A model generated the notes under the pieces. That model was not told the origin of the DNA and did not search any database. It saw only the letters and a program-made list of their open reading frames with translations. A stretch of 64,000 bases of DNA, taken from Lama guanicoe (lineage: Eukaryota). The stretch covers positions 26,113,250-26,177,249 of the forward strand of contig MU056991.1 in assembly GCA_013239625.1 (NCBI GenBank), read 5' to 3'. Position numbers and translations under genes: made by a program. This document shows positions 1-14,199 of the stretch, piece after piece (within the stretch, counting starts at the first letter, position 1; every line of letters starts with the position of its first letter).

Positions 1-269
1 CGCACTGAAACACTATTACACCCATCAGATAAGCAAAAAACTTTTAAGTTGACAATATGCAGGGCTACCTAAATTCTTTTGTTTTTCATTTTTAATGACT
101 TTTTTTCTTTCAAATTTTAGAAGCAATACATGTTCACTGCAGACAAAACACACAAGAGCATACATTAAAAAACAGCAGTCACCCATAATCCCCACCGCCA
201 AGCAATACCCACCAGTAGCATGTGTATGCATTTCGTCCTCACGTCTAGTAAGTTCTCTAAGCTCTTATA

Positions 270-600
270 TACTGCTGGTGGGAAGGTAAGGCAGCAAACC
301 ATTTAGAAGAACAACTTGATAATAACCAGGGAAGTCACAGACGCACAGACCTGCAAGCTCGCCGCTCACGCGGAGGCGTGTGCTCTGTGTGAATCACACC
401 ACAAATGCATTACGGAGACAGGGAAACGAATACTCCAAAGAGCTTTTTTTATAATTTTATAGTGGCTATAAATTAATAACAACCTAAACCCATCGACATG
501 AAACGATGAAATAAACTGAGGTCTATTTAGACAATAGAATCCCCTACATGATGAAGATGAATGTTCCAGAGCCACATGAATTAATGGACGAATCTCGTGA
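270..600 (+). mobile_element. Old L1 (L1ME-like) 3' fragment
   Basis: Degenerate L1 ORF2-end/3'UTR motifs (gctggtgggaaggtaa...; aaataaactgaggtctatttagacaatagaat...; atggacgaatctc). Boundaries approximate. Confidence 0.55.
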
Positions 601-619
601 AGGTAACTGGAGAATTCAG

Positions 620-1325
620 GATTCCCTCTGGGTTCTCCGTGTTGTCACAGATGGCAGGATTTCCCTCTGTCTTACGGCCGAGTGGTCTTCCGCTTGTGTA
701 CAGCCCGCAGTTTCTTCATCCGTTCATTCATCGGTGGACACTTAGATGCTTCCACGTCTTGGCTGCTGGGACTAGTCCTGCCGGGAACATGGAAGTGCGT
801 GTGTCTTTTCCACGGAGCGTTTTTGTTTTCTTCAGATAAATACCCAGAAGTGGAGGTGCTGGATACTATGGTAGCTCTAGTTTTAATTTTTGAGGAAACG
901 CCGTACTGTTTTCCCTAGAGGCTGCACCAATTTACAGTCCCACCGACAGTGCACCAGGGTTTCCTTTGTCCACACCCTCGCCAACACTTGGTATTTCTTG
1001 CCTTGTTACAGGTGTGTGGCGATAGCTCACTGTGGTTCCGACCAGCACTTCCCTGATGACTAGCGATGTTGAGCATATTTTCATATATGCCTGTTGGCCA
1101 TTTTTATATCTTCTTTGGCAAGTTGCCTATTCAGGCCCTTTAACATTTCTTAATTGAATTATTTGGTCTTTTGCTATTGAGCTGTATGAGTTCCTTATAA
1201 ATTTTGGAGACTAACCCCTTATCTGATACTTGTTTTGCAAATATCTTATCCCACTCTGCAGGCTGCCTTTTCATATTGTCAATTATTTCCTTTGCTGTAC
1301 AGAAGGTTTTTCGTTTGAGGTAGGT
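620..1325 (-). mobile_element. L1 (L1MA/MB-like) ORF2 3' fragment
   Basis: Typical antisense L1 text: ggacacttagatgcttccac; atacccagaagtgg..gctggatactatggtagctct; ggctgcaccaatttacagtcccacc; gcacttccctgatgactagcgatgttgagcat. Confidence 0.85.
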
Positions 1326-1529
1326 TTTTCTTTTAATTCATTGAAAAATCTGTTTAATTATGCTCAGATCTGGCAAGCTTTTGTCATTTACAACTAAAAA
1401 TTAGTCATCATTCGACCAAGCTAAGCCTCATGTCATGAAGGACTGATGCGAAACAGGCAACTGAACTCTTAAGCAGCTGAGGGCTGCCATGCAGAAGGGC
1501 TGAAAGCAGGAGTGTGGCCTCCCGGTTCA

Positions 1530-1720
1530 GTAATAACACAGGCTAACACTTGTGAGCCTGGCACTGTGCTGGGTCTTCTATATACAGCATCTCATTTAAG
1601 GTTCACAAGAACTCAGCTCTGAGACATTATTCACATTCCAGAGTAGGAAACCCAGGCTTAGAGAATTTCAACCACCTCAGTGTCACAGAACTAGAATGGG
1701 GATAGGGTAAGGTTCCATTG
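1530..1720 (-). mobile_element. MIR SINE
   Basis: gctaacacttgtgagcctggcactgtgct...catctcatttaa...gaaacccaggcttagaga...gtcacagaactag matches the MIR core in reverse orientation. Confidence 0.7.
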
Positions 1721-3044
1721 CAGGTCTGTGTGCCTTCACACACACTGATTTTTCCACATGCCCTGCTACCACTGAAGGATTTATTTATTCACTGGGTTAT
1801 GAGGTGGGCAGTGTTCTCGATGGCAGATAAAATATCAGGCAGAGTATATATGTTTCTACTCTCATGGAGATTAGACTCGTGGGTGAATGACCCCACCCAA
1901 GCGTGTTCCAAATGTGCCGCTATGTAAAAATCCTGCTATGGAGAGAGTGCTGTGATTTTGCAATGCTCAGTCATGATGCTTTGCTTTTTTGGGTACCCTT
2001 GGTCCCAAGATGTGGTGCAAACAGTGTTAGCTCACAACAATGCTATCTAAAATGTGCCATCCAGAGACCCCGTCAGATAGAGCAATCGTGGTGATGACAT
2101 CCATACAGCATTATACAAACACGGCCTTTCACACAGCAGCAGTGCCGTTAGACTGCACGTCAAGATCCGATCCACAGTCCACAGGGTTCCACAGGTGCAT
2201 CGAGTTTACACCTGCAGGAGACCTAAAGGCTTGTGCTGTGCTGATCACTGAGGCGCAGCCCCGTGCCCACCGCTGGGAAGATATTAACATGGATGGTACT
2301 CAGCCGACTAGTCAGACGCGTCCATGTCACGGGTATTTGACCTGAAAGTCAGTGTGCCTTTCATTCCGTCATGGAACAGTGGATGTGCTTTCTCCCTCAG
2401 GCAGCAGTGAGTGCAGAGAACAAGGCTCTGATTTGTATGTTGTATTTACTGCCTTAGCCGAGATCTCTGTGCCCCTGTGTTGGTATGTGGGAAATCCTAC
2501 AAAACAGGGCTGCCCCAATAATTTTGAAAGCACGATACTAATCCATGTATTGTAAGAAGGCACAAATGGAATTACATTCTTGGTAGCTTTCTGGCAGTGT
2601 CCTTTCTGGGAAATACAGTTAATAGTGAATATACGTAAGAGTGGGTTTCCTCTCGAATACTTGCATAACAAAGGGGCCAGAAGTCATTAGTCTGGATATT
2701 TTCTGTGACAGTGACGGTGCATGGAGTTTATAATTGGAGTGATTGTTCAGGGTTAACAAGGCTGTACTTCGCTGTCAACATAAACTGACTTCATTTGAAA
2801 TGCAGCCCGTACACTGCACTTACTATTAATTCAATGACTGTTTGGGGGGGAACTTACTAAATAGATTGCTAAATAAAATCACGCTTACCTTGTTATCCTA
2901 GTATATTGTGTCTCAGAAAACAATAGACTGAGATCAACTGATGTGTTAACAAAACCCAAAGCTGATTCTTAACCATAAAATATTGGGGGGGAGGTGCATT
3001 CATATCATTTCTTTACTGTGCGACTCAGATGTGGGTTGCCCTTA

Positions 3045-3950
3045 CTCATTCATCCGTTCATTTCAACAAGCATTTCTCTCTCTCTTTTTTAAGCATTTCC
3101 TGTGTCCTTGTGCTGCTAGGAACACAAAGATAATTAAGATAGACCTTCACCCTTAAAGACCTCACATGCTGCCATTATAAAAGCCCTCACGAACACAAAA
3201 CCATACAGTAAGAAAGGGCAAACATACAGACATGCTTTGGATGTTATGGGAGCACCGAGGTGGTGGTATCCAGCCCGGCCTGCAGAAGAAACAATGAGGA
3301 AAGTGAGCAGTCACAGAGGGCTTCCCAGAGGAGGGAGCATGGGGGCTGAGGCTTTAAGGACGGGTTATAACTTCACCCCTCCAAGGAAATGAGGAAGATT
3401 TTTGTCAGAATAAATGTCACGCACCAAGTGTAAACAAGGTATCCCCAGCACTTAGCAGAGGGCTTTGGTCCAGACTAAGTCCCTGTCATTTGTATTTCTA
3501 TCAATGAGCCCTGCTCTCCGTGGGGAGAGAAATGATAACAAACTAGAACAATGATGATAGCAGAGGAGGACAGAGCTGAGACACAGGGAAAGCAGGTAGG
3601 ACCTGGTGATCGCCTGGATGGGGAGACGTGAAGAGTCAAGGACCACTCTTGGGGAAAAAAATCTCTGAATTAGTTGTGCCTTTAGAAGAGAAAATAAACA
3701 GGCAAGTAGGATTCCGAAGGGAATGATGACTGAATCTGTTTTGAGTTTGGGGGCATATGTAAGCGGCTCAGTACAGCAGGTGGATGTACGACCCCTACGC
3801 AGAGACCTGGGGGTCGTAAGCAGACAGGCAACAGATGAGAAGTGAAGATGAAACCGGGTAAGGACCCGGAGTACAGTGAGAATTAACAATGGAGTCCTGC
3901 CTGAAACCTTCTGTGGGCAGTGGGGGGGAAGCCAGTCCAGTTCTCGGCAG
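3045..3950 (-). mobile_element. L2 LINE fragment(s)
   Basis: cattcatccgttcatttcaacaagcattt...gtgctgctaggaacacaaagataa (L2 3' end, reverse), followed by degenerate L2 body (gagtcaaggaccactctt...; ttttgagtttgggggcatatg...). Confidence 0.65.
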
Positions 3951-5507
3951 AGAATGACCCCAAGGATGGAGGAGGACCTAAGACGGCTGCATCACCTGCT
4001 CAGGTGGCCCATACACAGCACATCCCAGGGACAGACACAAAGCAGGAAGGTAGGGCCAAGGACAGATAGCTCTGGGCAGGCAGAGCAGCCCTCCTACCGA
4101 GATGGGGGGGGGGCTTGCAAACAGAAATGGTTATCATTCCCCAAAGAGTTTTCTAAGACTGGCTCTGTGACAAAGTGTGTTCTGGGAAGTCCCATTAAAT
4201 GAAACAAAGGTTCCCTAGAGGCAACCTTGGGGGCGTGTAACATTTGCTTTCAATCACAAGAATTGGGAGTGAAATGCGCTGGCCGAGGAGCATGACAGGT
4301 CATAACACACCATTCGGCTGTTTGAAAAACATCAAATACATAAATTTGTGTCCAAAAACAACTGTGCAAAACAGGCAGTATGGGGACAACATGTCTTCGG
4401 GTGACTCTGTGACTCCAGCACCAGTTCACCCACTGATAGCACGCTAACACTTGTAACTCATCAAAAGCTGACTCTGAGAGACAGGCAGGCAGCTTTTCTG
4501 GGGCTTAGATCAGACAGTCCGATAATGTGTACACCTGTCCAGTTTGTCAGAAAAAGGGCCCAATGCTGTTTAATGAATACGATTAAACAAGACTTCTATT
4601 TCATCTCTGCAAAATTCAGCTCCCATCCTTTGAATTAATGTCATGAACTATTAATAGGGCCTCATTCTCAATTTTAAAAACAATGCAATCAATCAGAACT
4701 TCTAGATTTATTTCCTTTGAGAATTCGGTTTGGCAAAATAACACAGAAAACAAACACACAGGTGATTTATGGTGAATTCCCTTTTCTACTCACAGCTGCT
4801 CTTTCCCTAGCTTTACTGAGGGTCCCTCTTCAGCCTTCCAGGTTTTAAACTCTTCTCAGATCACTAAGCTGTCTCCAGAGCCTGAGAGCTAATTTTTTAT
4901 TCTAACACAAAGGAAACAGATTTGCAAAATAGGATTCCAATGTATTCATTCACTGTGAGATTTACAAAGGACCAACGGGGCCGTTTAATCTGCACCTCCT
5001 GAGCATCCAGGTATGGTTATGGGGTTGTATGGTAAATGCAGGTGTCAGAAAAGGGGTGCTGATGGTCTCTTCTTCCTCTCCAGCACCACTCAAGTCTACC
5101 CTTGTCCTCAGGGATCAGTTCCTGCGCTGGGCTCCTCCAAAACTGAAGAACACTTACCACCGACTACTCTTCAAGCCTGAAACGCAGGCTGAGAGTAGGA
5201 GGCAGGAGTGGTGTTAATTTAATTCTAACGCCTGAAATTACCTCCTGGGCTTGAGCTAATTTTCTCGAATACTATTTTGTGGGGGTAGCAGGATAACGTT
5301 CATCTTTCAGACCGGAAATATGATTTTAGTTTGTACTTCGCAAATACTTAGCCCTCGCTTTTGGTCCTCACTTAACTCTGGGCCAAAGAACCAAGCCACA
5401 AAGGAAGGCTCGGCTCCCAGCCTCATTTCCTGGCAAACACCACCTGTAAATACTCAGCCTTTCTGGGTATGTCCAAGCTGGTGGTAAACACACCTGGGGT
5501 ATTCTGA

Positions 5508-6500
<993 letters not shown>

Positions 6501-6552
6501 TGAGGCCCCTCCTCCCTGCCCCGCCCCAGCGGCCCCGCCCCTCTAGGCAGTA

Positions 6553-6593
6553 CCGCCCCTCCTGGAAGCCCCGCCCCTCCTGGAAGCCCCGCC
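6553..6593 (+). repeat. 18-bp tandem repeat (ccgcccctcctggaagcc x2.3)
   Basis: Two exact copies at 6553-6570 and 6571-6588 plus ccgcc. Confidence 0.9.
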
Positions 6594-9318
6594 TAGACAG
6601 CAGCCCCTGGGTCAGGGACCCTGAGCGTACCGCCGGGGAAAGAGGTTGCTGGAGGCCCGAGCTGGCCTGGCCTGGGCGAAGGCCTCGGACAGCGCGCACG
6701 CTTCCCGCTCAGAACTTTTCGCCTGAAAACTGGCCACGGTTTCCTATTCCGCGCAAAGAGTTAACTTGTATCCGTCCTGAGTATGAATTCGACTCTTATG
6801 AATGCGACTGTTTCTGGGCGGGGGTGTGTGTGTGTGGCACTGGGGGAGGAGGCAGAGGAGCCGAGAAGTCACAGGAAAAATATGTCGTGTGTTTATCTGC
6901 AGGATCAGTTAAACACTGCCATCCAATGATTTCAATAATGAAAAAAGTTCTTATTTTTAATTTATTTTAATTTTTGCTACCATCCTTTTGTCCTTTCCAC
7001 GCTCACGGAGCACAGTTACAAAGGACACTGTAATCAGGCCTTTCCATTCTTCCCAGAGAATTCTTGAACTATGTTTTCTTCTGTTTTGAGGATTTGACAA
7101 TTGCTTGTTAGCACTAGTATCAAAACTTACCATCTTCCTTCACGCTTTCTAACACCTCAGAGTAATAAGTTTAAAGGTAGCGTGTTTATATTTTTATCCT
7201 TTTGAGAGAGCAAGTGAGTTCTATAATAAAGACACAAAAGAGATATGAAAGTAGCCTGTTGAATACACTGCGTGTGGTCAGTACTTGTTAGGGCTAGTAT
7301 TATATGGTCCAACTTGAGCCAAAGGAGCAGAGAAGAAAACCTTGGAGGTTACCTAAAGTTGACTTTTTTTTTTCTTTTTTTTTAACTGACAGTAATCCCT
7401 GAGATCCACTGTTGGGCTCATTCAAGTGTTGAATATTCTGCACAAAGACTCTAGAAAATGACTGACAGCTTTTGATTGTTCTTGTTTATACTTTTTTATT
7501 TCTTTAATTTTTATACTCTTAAAAATAACATGTATAATTTGTTTCCATTCTTCACCATATAAATGTGGTAAACAGAGCAGGAAGTTTTATTCCCTGGAGC
7601 ACACACCAGTGGCCTGGAAAGAGGTTCAATCAGCCTGGGAAAGGAAAGAAACTTTTTCTCACTCGGGGAATCCACACTTGATCAGTGTCAGTATTGCAGT
7701 TTAAATGACCATCCAGGAGACCATAAATAAACCCAGTAACAAGGTTGTTTTTATTTGTCCACAAATCAGGGCCCCCTCCCAGTGGTCCTTCCTCCACATT
7801 TCCAGGCAGCTCTCTTACCTGTCTCCCTGGGCTGACATGCATCCCTGAACGTCTGTTCTGCAGTCAAACTGTTGGCATTCTTGCCACATCTTTGCCGCCA
7901 TTACCTAAGGCTCATTTACTAAGGATGAATTAAGTTTGTGTGGGCCACCAGTGAGCTCAAAGTTTCTCCATCAACATGGAAAGCAGGAGAGAGGCCCAGG
8001 CTCAGAAGCAATTGGTTAGACTCCCGGATTCCAGGTAATTGCTCTCCGAAGACCCCCAGCCTGACACGTGGAAAGAAGCTGGCTAACAGAGTTCCTAGTA
8101 TTCTTTTGTTTTTCTTCCAAGTCTTCCAAGGCGGGCTTGGTAAATAAAGAAGTGAGGTCTGGACAATCAGTCATTCTAAAGTAGTGTGTAGTGCTCCTGG
8201 TTTCAAGTAATCTGCCTCTGTGGTCACAAAGGCCCCTTAGACTGGCCTTGGGGCTTGATTGCTGTGTGTCTGCTGCCCTGGGCTCGCTCTGCTGGAGGGT
8301 CTCAGAGGAGACCTAGACTTGAACTCCAGTTGTCCTTTTGCTCCATGCTTTATTCATGAAGCGTAGTTGATTAAAACCCGAACTAGGGCAAAATATCCAG
8401 ACATTAAGGAAGACACCCTGAAGATGTAGTTTGTCACATGCAAAAATATATGTTAGAAGACATATAAGTGTCACATGTGCTTTAATGAAGAGGCTGTATG
8501 CAGGAATCGTGCAGAGTGACTGCGTGGTAGAAGGGTTATTTGAAAAGCCCAGGAGAAAGTTTCTCTTCAGAATCTCAAGGCTAAACTAAATAACATCACC
8601 CACGTGGCCCAGATCCACAGAAGAGCCTGTGTTATTTACTTTATCTTGGGACACCTTTTAAAAACCATGTCTGAGTGTAGGTAGAGCCTGCTTCTTTGGC
8701 ATCTGAAGTGTTGCAGGGAAAGTTGCTTTTGATCAAACTTGTGAAAGCAGTGAGTGTTAACATGTTAAAACAATACTTTTATTTTGCTTAAAGACGGCAC
8801 TAACAACACTCCAAAAAAAAGAAAATAGTGTTAAAATGTGCAGTGGAGTAACACATCATGAAGGTAAGGAAAAGTGTTCCATAAAACTGAGGGTAATACT
8901 CTTTTGTGAGGACGGTTGGTTTTGATTAGCACCTTTTCTGTAAGTTTAAATCATTATCCACATATTTTAAGTAGTGAAATTGCAACTGCAACTTCTGAGT
9001 GAAAGTTCATTTTCAGCCTCTTAAGCTCTTCAAGTCATCTAAATCACCTGTTATTAAACTTGTTCCCTAGAAACTGAATGAAAAATACCGGAGCCACGGC
9101 TCTATAGTTATTGGGTATAGAGGCTTTCTTGTTTTTCCATCAACTTCTCATTTTTCTCAAACTGTATATTTTCTCCTTCTGTCACATAAAGTTGGGTTGT
9201 GTCTAGTGTTGGAATGCATTCCGTCTTTAATTGCAAGTGCCACTAAAATTGCTGGGGAAGAAGTTTAATATTGTTTAAAGAAAATGTGGCGGCGTTTTAT
9301 GAGTAGAGGTTCTGGTGA

Positions 9319-9507
<189 letters not shown>

Positions 9508-9914
9508 TAGGTGCTTCTGTGACTTCGTAAATACTTAATAGTTGAAAAACCAATCAAATATTTACCAGGCTGAATAGACCAGGAGTGCACTTTTCACAAG
9601 CTACTCTAGCCCAGGACATTGAAGTCCTTAGGATCAACACAGGACTTTTTTAAGTTAATGAAATTTTGTAACATTTCACTGTGAGCATCAGTTGCTTGAA
9701 AGGCTGTGATGGGAAATTTATGGCAGGTCTTTATTACAAGGCAACTTTTCACAAGGTTGCAAATAAGTTGTGTTCACTGGGCAAGTACAAAGAGGGCAGG
9801 AAAAGAAATTCAGAATATTGCAAACTATTCCAGGAAGCATTTATTTTTCATTTTTTAGCTGAATAAATAGAAACTTGCCCAACATTGAGAAGTGGGTTTT
9901 CTTTAAATGATAAT

Positions 9915-10050
9915 GATTTCCTTCCTTCCTTTCCTCTCCTCCTCTTTCTCCTCCTTCTTTATTATTATTATTGTTGTTGTTATTCCTCCTCCTCCCCCTC
10001 CCCTTCCACTTCTCCTTTTCTCCCCCCCCCGCCCCACCCCTTTTCATCTT
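9915..10050 (+). repeat. Low-complexity pyrimidine / (TTA)n / (TTG)n / (CCT)n tract
   Basis: Directly visible simple repeats in C1orf53 intron 2. Confidence 0.85.
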
Positions 10051-10736
10051 TCTGTGGTTGTTTCTACTCTGCCTTTAAAATAACCATGAAACTCGCTGCC
10101 TTAAACTCAAGTGTCGTACATTTCCCACAATGTACATTTCAGTGACCATCTACCTCTGAGCTCGCTGATTAAGATGAACTAACTTTGTGATCCTTCCCTA
10201 TTTTGAGCAAAAATTAAACGGGAGCGGGTTCTTCACTGTAACTTTTTAAAAGCATACTAGTAAGTTAAATTGTGATATAGTTAAGCTTAGAAACAGATAA
10301 CCTCTGATTGTAGACCACTTTGTATGTTTTGGGGCAAGAAGGTATTATTTCCTTAAACTTACCCACTTTATAATCAAGGAGTAGACACTAAATGCTGGTA
10401 ATTAACAGTAACCAGTATTGAAAAATTAAGCCTTCACTTTTGTGCCTGTGCCATTGGCTGTTTCTAATCAAATGTGTAAGAGCTTCGCCTGAATTGAGGA
10501 CTGGAGGATTTTTGAAGGGTGAGTTTTTGACAGTAAAATTCTTAACGTTGGAAGGATGCATCTAGGAAGTGATTCTTGGACCCTGATTAGGATCATTTGC
10601 CAGAGGATGCCATCATTCTCCTCTTAGCCTGCAGGAGATGGATCAAATACTCTATACAGCATTATTAGCAGTCTCTTTCTTTTTCACCGTGAGAAGTGTA
10701 CTTTTTCAAGATGGCTGTGAAATAATTCAACAATAA

Positions 10737-10829
<93 letters not shown>

Positions 10830-10879
10830 CAACAGTCTCATCTCTGTTCTCCATTTAATTGAGCCTTATTAAAAAAATT

Positions 10880-10885
10880 AATAAA
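10880..10885 (+). terminator. C1orf53: Probable C1orf53 polyadenylation signal (AATAAA)
   Basis: AATAAA ~50 nt after the stop, followed by a T/GT-rich stretch; another AATAAA lies at ~10966. Confidence 0.6.
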
Positions 10886-13672
10886 AGCCTAATCCAGTAT
10901 TGCTTTCTGTGCTGTTAGCACTTGATAACTAGCATAATCAGAAGTCCATATACGAAAAGAACATCAATAAAATGAAAAAGCTAGCAAATGTTTGTGTGTT
11001 TCTGAAGCGGCACATTGATAGTTATTTTCCTTTCTTTTTGCTTCATTATCAGACATATGTTGAAGACAGAAAATAATGACTGTTCCACTAAATAAATGGT
11101 AGCAGTCAGGTCACATTAGTAGCTCTTGATTTTTTTTTTTTATAGCCTCAGTTCTCCTACTGTTTTCTCCTCAGTGTTAGCAACCCAAGGGAGGTTGCTG
11201 GCAAATAGAACAGTTTGAATACGTTCTTCATTTTATTTATATCTGGAGCTATAAGAAGGTGGATATAAGGCTATACCACGCAGCATGTGAGGACCCAAGA
11301 AGTGCCAGTCTGCGTCCAGAAATGCTCTCATCTTCCATCTGTTCTCCTAATAAAAACTTTAAATCATTCTGACTTGAGGGTCAGGCCACTTAAGATGCCT
11401 CGATTAAACCATTCTCTCTTCTCTCCCCCACATTTTACTCCTCCGGCTCTGACGTCACTTTGCAGGCAAATCTGTCTTGATACATCTTATTAGCTTTACC
11501 CCCATTGCATTCACTGCTGCGAGGCCCCTAGGCTTCAGTCTCCAACCCGGTTTCTGGGACTCATGTCGACGCCTCCTCCTCTGCTGCCTCTGAGGACGGC
11601 AACCCCCAGGACACCTTTTCTATGCTGATCAGTGAAATGGAAGTCTGGCTTTACCCAGAGCGAACCCTCAGCTTTCTCTCCTGACAGAATCTGAATGGTT
11701 CTCCAACTTCTCAGGGGTCTGCCTTAGCCTCTGCTTGTGGTCCCCAGTAAAGGTTTTCTTTAAAGATTTCTAACAATTGGAAGAGACATAAAGGGTCTGG
11801 TGCCTGCTCCCTTGTTCAATTCAAAACAGAAGCCCTTCTAAACTGTAGAAGAAGTGAAAAGGGGCCCAGTAAGTGATACGCCCTGTGGCTTCCGTTGTTC
11901 ATTTTATGTCAAAAAATTAAATTGTTTCCCAAAATTGTCAGCCGTTTTGGTACCCCAGTCTTTCTGATGCTCTAACTGGGTACCCTAAAGCAACACCCTC
12001 CCTGGACTCTGTGAAGTGTCAGCAGCCTCCTTGGACGTGAAGAGCCGTCCCCGTGGTCTGGTGTCACCCTCTCCAGCAACAGAGAAAAGAAGGAGAAAAG
12101 GATTAGGGGGCCTGGCATTGTGACAGAGGAGGCAGTCAGTGTTTCCAGAAAGGCTTATGGACTCCCAGAAGCCAATTTCCTTTCCACTTTTAGGTCAAGG
12201 AGCAGCCGGCTAGCTCCATCCTTCCCAATAGATTTGAAGATTACCCAAGCCATTTTCTGGGTAGGGGCTCGCCGGCTGGCTGGGACTTGCTCCAGCAGTC
12301 CCAGGAGGAAAAAGAGAAGGAAATGTAGTCTCAAAGGCCATCCTTCTGGAGAAACAAGAGAAAAAGGGAAGGAAGATCACCCCCTTGTAAGACAGTGTAT
12401 TTTGAGTAAGCCCCTGGGCAGATGGAAAGACGGTGAGGAGTGCTACCCTCCTGGAGGCAGCTCTTTCCCAGTCCCAGGACACTTCCTGCAGTGGGGAACT
12501 GGCTGAAGAAGAGAGGACTGACTCCAGGTCCATCAGGGAGGATCTTTATATAGGACTTTCCTGGCTCTTCCTGGAGGAACTTCTAGCCTTCCTGACATCA
12601 ACAGCTCCGGAGCTGTTGCTGGGGGTGAAGGGGTGACGCTTTTACTTGCTCCTGCTTCTGGAGCCAGAGAGCCAAGGTCTGAGGTTCTGGGGAGATGCTG
12701 CGGAACCATAGGTCAAGGGTGGCGGCCGTGGGTCCTCCCACATTAAACGCAATATGGCCACATAGATGGGCCTCCCTTCAAGAGCTTCGAGCTGTACTGC
12801 ATTCGGACATTGTAAAGCAAAAAGTCAGGGTTCTTGTGGGGTCTGTGTGTCCACACGCATGTGGACGCCGAGAAATAGAGACTTCGCAGATTAAGCCAAC
12901 TCTGGTGCTACTTCACCTTCAAGATTCCTGGAGATTCCTGCCGCGGCAAGGCAGGCACCGTAAACCAAGGGAGATTGACTTCCAGACTGTTTCTAATGCG
13001 GAAAGACCCAAGGGAAGCTGGGGGTCTTGTGCGGGGTTTAGCGGGGTGGAGGCTGGCGATGGGTTCCTGCCGGGCGGTCCTTCCCTTGGCCGGGAAGGGC
13101 CCTGCCTGCCTGGGCGTCCTCGCAGCAGGTGGATGACTTGCACACTCCTCTCTCTTCAAAAGCCACACCGGCCCCATAATTTTGCTGAGCAAGGAAGGGA
13201 AGGGCTTGCACTCGGGGCTCCCACACCAGTGTGTTTAGTTGAGGGAGGGCTCGAGAAGAGGAGATGCGATGCGGGTCTTTGTCCCCCCATCCCCACCGCG
13301 TCTCTCCTCCGCCAGCGCGCGGTGTCCTAAGGCTATCGCCAAGTCTGTCCCGGGCGTCCGGTTCCTCAGCCAGACTCCAGCGGGGTCTCCAGACAAGGCT
13401 GGGCAAGGAGGCTCAGGACCCCGGGGAACAGCCATTGGCATGTCGCCTTCCCGTGAGCACTCTCAGGCCTTCCCGAAGGAGCCCCCCTCCACTGCCTGCC
13501 AACACCTGCCTCTTCATCTTTGCCTCCTAGCAAAGGCTTGAATTGTGGACGGGTTGTCTGCCCACGATGGAGGGTTAAAACTCGGTGCTGTTTTTTTTCC
13601 ACTACCCTGCAACAATTAAAAGGTACTTCTGGGTGCCCCAACTATCCCCTCCCCTCTGGCAAAAGAAAGTCA

Positions 13673-13674
13673 GT

Positions 13675-13718
<44 letters not shown>
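13673..13718 (+). repeat. (GT)n microsatellite
   Basis: 19 pure GT units at 13681-13718 plus an interrupted flank. Confidence 0.97.
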
Positions 13719-13719
<1 letters not shown>

Positions 13720-14101
13720 GGGCTGGGGGTGGGGTGGGGCCGGCACCCTCTGGAAAGCCCGATTGCTGAGAAAATGTCGTGGAAGACCTTGCCACTATCT
13801 CTTGCTGGGGGTGGGCGGTCCCTGGGACGCGCAGCCCACCCAGGCCCGCGGGATGTCCCGCGGGGCGCCCGAGCCTCGCGCAGTCTGATCCTCGCCCCTA
13901 CAAACGGTTTCCAGGTTGGGCTATTAACACGAAACCTCCAGACTCACGCCCCACCCCCTTCCTGAGACTGTGGGTGTAAAAGCTTATCAACCTGGAATCA
14001 TGGGCTCTGGGGTATTGGCAGATTCCTGGCGACAGCATCTTCCCACCCAAAATTTGTATTCTGAAGTGTGAGCTTCGTTGTGCGCTTCAGTGAGCTCCAG
14101 G

Positions 14102-14102
<1 letters not shown>

Positions 14103-14145
<43 letters not shown>
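14103..14145 (+). repeat. (TG)21 microsatellite
   Basis: Directly visible. Confidence 0.97.
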
Positions 14146-14148
<3 letters not shown>

Positions 14149-14199
14149 ATGCATGTTTTTGTCAAATGCCTAAAATGGTTCGTGACCTCAAAGAGGATA

